DNA of 33,769 nt from a virus, in IMG/VR virus record IMGVR_UViG_3300045988_180636; one strand, 5' to 3'. The notes under the pieces are model-generated. The model searched no databases. It was not told where the DNA came from and was given only the letters and a program-made list of their open reading frames with translations. The position numbers and the translations under genes were made by a program. This document shows, in pieces, positions 24,934-31,083 of the stretch. Positions within the stretch are counted from its first letter, which is position 1. Each line of letters starts with the position of its first letter.

Positions 24934-25848
24934 ATGACAGATTTAATGTACACACCATTGGAGAATGTGTTCGCTGCTACAATGGAACGTGAGGGAAAGA
25001 CCGTTACGGCATGGAGCAACGGTAAAGAGTTTACAGCTTTCTTCAGAAGGTGTGATGATGGACAGAGTACAGAGGATAGAATCACTGTCTATTATGGTGT
25101 GGACGCACCTGTAGAACAGGGTTCACTTATCCAGTATGGCAGAAAAACCTATGTCCTGATGAATAAAGAGACGGAAGAAAACACTTGCTATTACAAGTCA
25201 TATGGTATTGCTACTAATGGAATATTAAACAGTAATAATGGAACAATCAGAGACATACCGATTTATGGTTATGATATGAAAGATGGTCTTGCTTATACGG
25301 ATAAAGTCTTTACTATGATTAGTGGCAGTATGGAATTTATCACTGAAATCACGGACACTGTAAAGGAACTGAATATAAACGCTACATTCAATGTATATGG
25401 ACGAACTTTTCAGGTAGATAATGTCTATATGAAAGATGGATTATTCCATATTGTAGGACAGGTCACAACAAATCAACCTGATCCAACTCCAACACCTAAA
25501 CCAGAACCAACAGAAACATATAATGTTACGATTGAATCAAGTACCAATACAATTAAGGTGGGCGGTTCATATAAAACTCTTACTGCAAAGGTTACAGACG
25601 CAAGCGGTAATGATATTACTTCAGATTATTCAGACGTTACTTTTACATGGACTTGTTCTATTGATGAAAACGATTATACAAATAATTGTATATGGAAAGC
25701 TGGTACAGAATTTAATCAGAAGAAACTTAAAATGAGTACCGATGTGTCTTATATTGGGGAGAATATGGTTGTAAAGGTTATTATTGGTGATCCGATAGAT
25801 GGAAGTGCTAGAATAAGAGGAACAATTACACTGGAAATCACTGATTAA
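24934..25848 (+). CDS. Putative virion protein with a C-terminal bacterial Ig-like (Big_2-type) domain
   Basis: RBS AAGGGGGTG. The C-terminal third, TIKVGGSYKTLTAKVTDASGNDITSDYSDVTFTWTCS, is typical of Big_2 domains, preceded by a PDPTPTPKPEPT linker. Confidence 0.55.
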   Translation: MTDLMYTPLENVFAATMEREGKTVTAWSNGKEFTAFFRRCDDGQSTEDRITVYYGVDAPVEQGSLIQYGRKTYVLMNKETEENTCYYKSYGIATNGILNSNNGTIRDIPIYGYDMKDGLAYTDKVFTMISGSMEFITEITDTVKELNINATFNVYGRTFQVDNVYMKDGLFHIVGQVTTNQPDPTPTPKPEPTETYNVTIESSTNTIKVGGSYKTLTAKVTDASGNDITSDYSDVTFTWTCSIDENDYTNNCIWKAGTEFNQKKLKMSTDVSYIGENMVVKVIIGDPIDGSARIRGTITLEITD

Positions 25849-25856
25849 AAATAAGA

Positions 25857-25887
25857 ATAGGTGGGAAATCCACCCACCTATTTTTTA
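25857..25887. terminator. Bidirectional terminator between convergent genes
   Basis: 9-bp stem ATAGGTGGG / CCCACCTAT with T-runs on both strands. Confidence 0.7.
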
Positions 25888-25896
25888 AAGCAATTT

Positions 25897-26358
25897 TTAT
25901 TTCTTCGGTTCAATAGTCTCTGTTCCATTTATCATGTTCGGTAAATGTTCTGAAATGAATTTCTGCTTTTCTTCAATGCTCATACCTTGCATATAAGTTT
26001 CCAGAATGTCAAGGTGTTTTTGCAACCGTTTCTTGCGATACTCTTTCATTACTGCTTTATCTTCAGAAGATACATAAGAATCTACTGTGAGTAGTTCGGT
26101 AGGAAAGTTCTGGTTATCAGGAACTAAAGCTAAGTGATAATCACATAATTCTGATACAAGTATCAAGTCCTGTAAAGAGAAGCGATCCTGTGTCATTTTA
26201 TTTCTGAATGTTCCGACAGTACAACCAATACATTCGGCTGCAACTTTCGGTGTCACTTCGGCTTTATCCATCATAAATTTAATGAACTTCGATATATTTT
26301 TTAATCCGTCAGGGTTTTTCTTATTTGAGATTGGTGTTATATTCGACAAATTTTTCAC
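25897..26358 (-). CDS. HTH regulator, candidate repressor (divergent from the csp/abrB operon)
   Basis: PKVAAECIGCTVGTFRNKMTQ is HTH-like. 153 aa. Divergent promoter region with a TATCAC-N7-GTGATA operator. Confidence 0.55.
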   Translation of the reverse strand: MKNLSNITPISNKKNPDGLKNISKFIKFMMDKAEVTPKVAAECIGCTVGTFRNKMTQDRFSLQDLILVSELCDYHLALVPDNQNFPTELLTVDSYVSSEDKAVMKEYRKKRLQKHLDILETYMQGMSIEEKQKFISEHLPNMINGTETIEPKK

Positions 26359-26469
26359 TTCCTTTCATAAGATATGTTATGTCAGTATCATCTTATCATA
26401 CATATAAAGAACATACAATAAGTGAAAAAATGGCAATAGGAAAAAAATCAAAATTCACTAAATAAGTTA

Positions 26470-26498
26470 TTGACATATCACGAAAATAGTGATACTAT
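26470..26498 (+). promoter_or_regulatory. Promoter (TTGACA-17-TACTAT) with an embedded palindromic operator TATCAC-N7-GTGATA
   Basis: TTGACA at 26470-26475. Inverted repeat at 26476-26481 / 26489-26494. Confidence 0.6.
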
Positions 26499-26866
26499 TA
26501 TCTCGACAAAGAAACAAGCGATTGTATTTCAGTAGTTGGCGATACCGAAAGAGCCTGATTCTTGAGTACATTGGTAAAGGAAAGAACGCTTATAAGGTTG
26601 ATGTAGCAGAATGGAATAATAGAGGAAATAGCAGAATTGACTTGACTTTTGGAAAAATATGTATATGTAAAATTTGAAAGCTAGTTGCCGCTGGCTTTCG
26701 GCATTGATATTTCCGAAGATGGTTTTGCAGAACTATCTTCGGTGGTATCGGTGTTTATGAAACGGCATTAAATGAACGATATTAACTGTTCGGAAGAACA
26801 GAAGATATATAGATACATAAGTAACGGGCTTAATTTTAAGCTGCAACACAGAAAGGACAATTTAAC

Positions 26867-27079
26867 ATGGAAAAATTAACTGGTACAGTAAAGTGGTTTA
26901 ACGATCAGAAGGGATTCGGTTTTCTGACAACAGATGAAGGTACGGACGTATTTGTACATTATACAGGTATTGTATCGGATCAGAAGCGTAAGAGCCTGAC
27001 AGACGGAGAGAGAGTAGAGTTTTCAATCACGGATGGAGCAAAGGGCAAACAGGCGGTAGACGTTGTTGTAGTCTATTAG
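26867..27079 (+). CDS. csp: Cold-shock protein (CspA family)
   Basis: GTVKWFNDQKGFGFLT...DVFVHYTGI contains the RNP1/RNP2 motifs. 70 aa. About 370-nt structured leader. Confidence 0.9.
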   Translation: MEKLTGTVKWFNDQKGFGFLTTDEGTDVFVHYTGIVSDQKRKSLTDGERVEFSITDGAKGKQAVDVVVVY

Positions 27080-27095
27080 AAAGAAGGTGTCGGAT

Positions 27096-27356
27096 ATGGC
27101 AAAACTTACCAGAAGGCTTGACAACTTAGGACGTATCGTTATTCCTAAAGAGTTAAGACAGAACATGAACCTATACGAAGGTTGCGAATGTTCCATCACA
27201 CCTACAGAGGGCGGTATCATTATTCAGAAGTCAGAGAAGAATCTTCAGAATGATTTGAAATTTTTAATCGACAAGTACATAGCAGATGAAGGTTATAGTG
27301 ATACGGTTATGAAACTAATGGAAGTTCAGGAAGAAATGCAGCCTAGCATGGCATGA
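27096..27356 (+). CDS. AbrB/MazE/SpoVT-family DNA-binding protein
   Basis: LDNLGRIVIPKELRQNMNLYEG is a SpoVT-AbrB swapped-hairpin motif. ATG 27096 with RBS GAAGGTG. Confidence 0.75.
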   Translation: MAKLTRRLDNLGRIVIPKELRQNMNLYEGCECSITPTEGGIIIQKSEKNLQNDLKFLIDKYIADEGYSDTVMKLMEVQEEMQPSMA

Positions 27357-27524
27357 CAACTAAATAATACAGAAAAAGGACAGAGAAGAGTTTCCCTGTC
27401 CATATCTGCCGTTATAAAAAATAAAAAAATTTTTAAGACAGGGGTTAAGTTCCTGTCGGATTGTGTCGATATATACATATAAGGATTTTTATGTAAAAAA
27501 ATAACAGATTTTTTTCAAAACCTG

Positions 27525-27553
27525 TTGACAAGTATATCCTTATATGTTACGAT
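27525..27553 (+). promoter_or_regulatory. Promoter (TTGACA-17-TACGAT) of the helicase operon, followed by a roughly 340-nt leader
   Basis: Exact -35 and spacing. The 10-mer GATACAGAGT at 27551-27560 is shared with the array promoter (13989-13998). Confidence 0.5.
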
Positions 27554-27900
27554 ACAGAGTGAATTTGTATCTTCATTTGTACCCCTATCTGTTCCACCAG
27601 ATAGAAATGAGACACTATTCATTCATCTTACTGGTTGACCGCCTGTAAGAGTGTTACCCATAAATGAGTACACGAAAGTTGTACATAAGTTTTCTAAAAC
27701 TTAATACGTTGCCGATTATATCAAATTTGACATCACTTGTCAAGTAGTATTTTTCGACATATTCAAGTTTTTATTTCTTATCTTTGCCGATTCAGGCGAA
27801 AAATTCCAATTTATTTATAAACAACAGTGTACTTTGCACCAATGAAAGGAAGGAACTAATTATTAAGCAACAAAAACAGAATAAGAGAGAACCCATTTCC

Positions 27901-28071
27901 ATGTACATTGTCAGGTCATTAGATTTAATGAACTGGTTATGTGGTCAAGGTTATCGTGTACTGAAGGTGGAAGATGGCGAAAGCAATCCACGATTCAAAG
28001 TATTTCTTTATCAGGACACACCAGAGATACGAAAGAGTGTATCAGTGTATCTATCCCAAAAGGGGGTGTAA
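27901..28071 (+). CDS. Small hypothetical protein (56 aa)
   Basis: Internal ATG 27901 of the listed ORF. The translation MYIVRSLDLMNWLCGQGYRVLKVEDGESNPRFKVFLYQDT resembles small conserved proteins of Clostridia phages. Confidence 0.45.
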   Translation: MYIVRSLDLMNWLCGQGYRVLKVEDGESNPRFKVFLYQDTPEIRKSVSVYLSQKGV

Positions 28072-28077
28072 CGATAC

Positions 28078-29670
28078 TTGACTAAAGGCAACAAACAATG
28101 GGTGTCAGAACTAATATCTGACGATTATACGAAGTGGAGCAACAGGATTATATTACTTGCGTGTGGAACTGGAAGAGGAAAGACCACATTTGCACTTGGA
28201 ATATATTGTAAGTACCTGTTATCCGTTGGAAAAAAGGTGTTGTACATTTGCAATCGTACAAAGCTGAAAGAGCAGATCAGAGCCGATAAAGAGAGATACG
28301 GCATTGACGGTGTAGAAATCACTTCATATCAAAAGTTCGCTGAAGATTTAAGGTCAGGAAGTGAACCACAGTATGATGTATATATCTGTGATGAAGCACA
28401 TTATTTCTTAGCAGACGCAGGATTTAATTTATATACGGATATTCCGTATGAGTACATTATGAATCAAACGGCTGCAACCAGAGTGTTTATGACCGCTACA
28501 TATAAGAATATCTTCGGACGTATCAGGAAAGACTTGGAACGTACAGGAGAAGAACCATTAGAGTATCATCTACCTACTGATTATTCCTATGTAGAAAACA
28601 TTTACTGGTTCAAAAAGAAAGATGATTTATTCGGCATAGTCGATAGAATATTGAACACCACTAATGATACAGTTATATACTTTTGCAATAGCATTAAGAA
28701 AATGAGAGAGTTTTACAATCATTATTCGCCCAACCGTGGCAAAGGCTATTCAGAAGATAAGAAATTTCTCAAAGATTCTAAGCTGCAATACATGAGTTTC
28801 ATGTGTAGTGGCAACAGTAGTGAAGATGAAAAAGAGACAAGCGGTTTCGTTGCTAACTACTGTTCTTCAGATCATATCAAAAGAAATTCCCATAATGACG
28901 GTTATTACATTGACAACAGAATATTGATTACAACGAAAGTTATTGACAATGGAGTAGATTTTAAAGACAGGAAGATAAAACACATTATATGTGATGTATT
29001 CGACATTGAAAGTGCTATCCAATGTTTAGGAAGAAAACGTGTCATAGATGAAAAAGATACTTGTAACTTTTATCTAAGAGACTGGCAGTATTATGAACTG
29101 AATCTATTCTTGAAGCCTGTAAAAGAGAATCTTAAACCACCTACCATGTTGATTGAGGACAAGGAAGAATGGATTAAGAAGTACGGAACTAACAGGAACT
29201 ATAAAGACGGTACAACCTACTTCGATTTTAATAACAATCAGTGGAGAATAAATTATTTAAGATACGATAAGTTGTTATCCGACAAAGCAACGATTGAATC
29301 CATGATAAAGCAAGAGACAAGCTACAGGGAAGAGATACTATCCCACATAGGCGAATATGAGAATTGCATTGAAATGGAAGATATAAAAGCGGATCAAGTA
29401 AAGGACGCTATAGAAATCTGGATAACAGAACATATGGAACAGTATTTATCGAACGAACAAAAACAAGAACTCATATCATTATGTGACTTGAAAGATAAAT
29501 ACGGTAGACAACAGAAGTCAATCGGTATCTTGTCAAATTACCTGAAAGACAACTACAGATTTACCATTACCAATAAGCAACACAGAGTAGATAAAAAACG
29601 TGTGAAACAATGGGTAATTAGTCCATATGATGATTCAGATTGTCAGAAAATGGCAAGACCACCTTGTTAA
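28078..29670 (+). CDS. Superfamily-2 DEAH-box helicase
   Basis: Walker A ACGTGRGKTT, motif II ICDEAHYF, motif V-like TTKVIDNGVDF, motif VI QCLGRKRV. TTG start with RBS AAGGGGGTG 9 nt upstream. Confidence 0.75.
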   Translation: MTKGNKQWVSELISDDYTKWSNRIILLACGTGRGKTTFALGIYCKYLLSVGKKVLYICNRTKLKEQIRADKERYGIDGVEITSYQKFAEDLRSGSEPQYDVYICDEAHYFLADAGFNLYTDIPYEYIMNQTAATRVFMTATYKNIFGRIRKDLERTGEEPLEYHLPTDYSYVENIYWFKKKDDLFGIVDRILNTTNDTVIYFCNSIKKMREFYNHYSPNRGKGYSEDKKFLKDSKLQYMSFMCSGNSSEDEKETSGFVANYCSSDHIKRNSHNDGYYIDNRILITTKVIDNGVDFKDRKIKHIICDVFDIESAIQCLGRKRVIDEKDTCNFYLRDWQYYELNLFLKPVKENLKPPTMLIEDKEEWIKKYGTNRNYKDGTTYFDFNNNQWRINYLRYDKLLSDKATIESMIKQETSYREEILSHIGEYENCIEMEDIKADQVKDAIEIWITEHMEQYLSNEQKQELISLCDLKDKYGRQQKSIGILSNYLKDNYRFTITNKQHRVDKKRVKQWVISPYDDSDCQKMARPPC

Positions 29671-29786
29671 ATGAATCCTGAAGGTGTCACCCATATTTGC
29701 AATTTCTTATTATAATAAGGTTTTGCACATTTTGGTGACACTTAGAATGAGAAAATTATCCGTAAGACGATACAGTTTTACAGTTT

Positions 29787-29926
29787 GGACGCTTGCGGAC
29801 AAACGTAAAACTTATCGGATTAAAAGGCGGTGTGGGTGCAACCCACTAATATTTAGATTGAGCCTGTGGCACTGTTCGTCATTTCGCTGCTAGGGCAGCT
29901 CATGCCGTTCGTGTCCGCAAGCGTCC
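29787..29926. repeat. 14-bp perfect inverted repeat GGACGCTTGCGGAC / GTCCGCAAGCGTCC enclosing a 112-nt hairpin-rich segment
   Basis: Arms at 29787-29800 and 29913-29926. Internal hairpins GTGGGT-GCA-ACCCAC and GAGC(C)TG...CAGCTC. Tandem TACAGTTT x2 just upstream (29771-29786). Confidence 0.7.
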
Positions 29927-29939
29927 ACGAATTGAATCC

Positions 29940-31064
29940 GTGATAAAGAAAGGAAAGAAATTTTTGAGAGATAATATAGTTGAATTAAGAGCGTCCTTGA
30001 AGGATTTACCAATAGATGAAATAAGAGAAAAGCTAGGAGATTTGAAAAAGTCAGAACTTATGAGAAGTATCATCCTGAATGAAAAACAGTATTGCACCTG
30101 TACTTATGAGAGGTCACAGAGAAACTTTTGGTATTCAGTAGTGAAGCCGACACTAGATAAGTTAGGAAAACTCACGGCTGATGATGATACAGAAGAAGGT
30201 CTGACAGGATGGGATAAGACATTATCGAAGTATCTTACCGAACTGGTAAAAGAAGGAAAACTCACATATAAGGACATTATGATTTGTGACGAAAGCAGAA
30301 ATTATAGTGTACCCGATAGGTATAGCTTTAGTCCGTACAGAAATATCATTGTAGCCTGTGAGAAAGATACCATATTTCAGTTTGTCAGAGATATATCACT
30401 ACTCTTAGGGTGTAGCTGCATATCATCAAAAGGGATTTGCGGTTTTGGGGCAATGGAAACATTATTGAGAAAAATCAGAGACAATTCGGAGAATACTATA
30501 AGTGAGTTGGTGTTCCTGATTATGAGTGACTACGATCCGACAGGATATACCATAGCGAACACATTCACGGCACAAGCTGAAATCATGGCGAAACAATTAG
30601 GAATGAATGTAAAAATCATTTCTAAGAGAATCGGTATCACACCAGATCAGTTGTCAGAGGATGAAGTGAAGAATAATATGTACACTCCGAAGAAAAAAGG
30701 TCTTGATACTTGGATGAAAGAGACAGGCGGTATAAATGGACTTGAAAAAGGTTTAGAGTTGGACGCACTCACACCTGAAAGAATCAGAGAGATATTCGCT
30801 GACGAACTTCAGAACTATATCGACAATGGTTCATATATCGAAGATTGTAAGAGTAGTTACCTGTGGAGTGCAATCAGGAATGAAGTTGATAAGTATATTG
30901 ATACAATCGTTAGTCAGGTGTACAGGGAGTTGGAAGATAAAGTAAGTACGAAAGAACCTGACATGATGAAATATGTTCGTGAGGGCAGAACCAATATACC
31001 ATTCAATAATCTGTGTTCCATAAATGCGGATGTTGAAAATTGTGTAAAGAAATATTTTGAATAA
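29940..31064 (+). CDS. Spo11 / topoisomerase VI-A-like protein (5Y-CAP-like motif plus Toprim), 'Mini-A'-like
   Basis: Toprim signature: VACEKDTIF (Glu), then SKGICGFGAMETLL, then LIMSDYDPTGYTIAN (D.DP.G). Upstream, QRNFWY resembles the R-x-x-aromatic-Y catalytic tyrosine motif. The start is uncertain (GTG 29940). Confidence 0.5.
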   Translation: MIKKGKKFLRDNIVELRASLKDLPIDEIREKLGDLKKSELMRSIILNEKQYCTCTYERSQRNFWYSVVKPTLDKLGKLTADDDTEEGLTGWDKTLSKYLTELVKEGKLTYKDIMICDESRNYSVPDRYSFSPYRNIIVACEKDTIFQFVRDISLLLGCSCISSKGICGFGAMETLLRKIRDNSENTISELVFLIMSDYDPTGYTIANTFTAQAEIMAKQLGMNVKIISKRIGITPDQLSEDEVKNNMYTPKKKGLDTWMKETGGINGLEKGLELDALTPERIREIFADELQNYIDNGSYIEDCKSSYLWSAIRNEVDKYIDTIVSQVYRELEDKVSTKEPDMMKYVREGRTNIPFNNLCSINADVENCVKKYFE

Positions 31065-31083
31065 AGGAAGGATAAAAAATACA

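Noticed and set aside
26489-26677. Listed ORF 26489..26677 (+)
   Set aside because: It starts within the promoter's transcription start region without an RBS and lies in the structured csp leader. It is judged non-coding.
29684-29893. Listed ORF 29684..29893 (+)
   Set aside because: It has a GTG start without an RBS, a Cys/Arg-rich sequence typical of translated GC-rich hairpins, and it overlaps the long inverted repeat.
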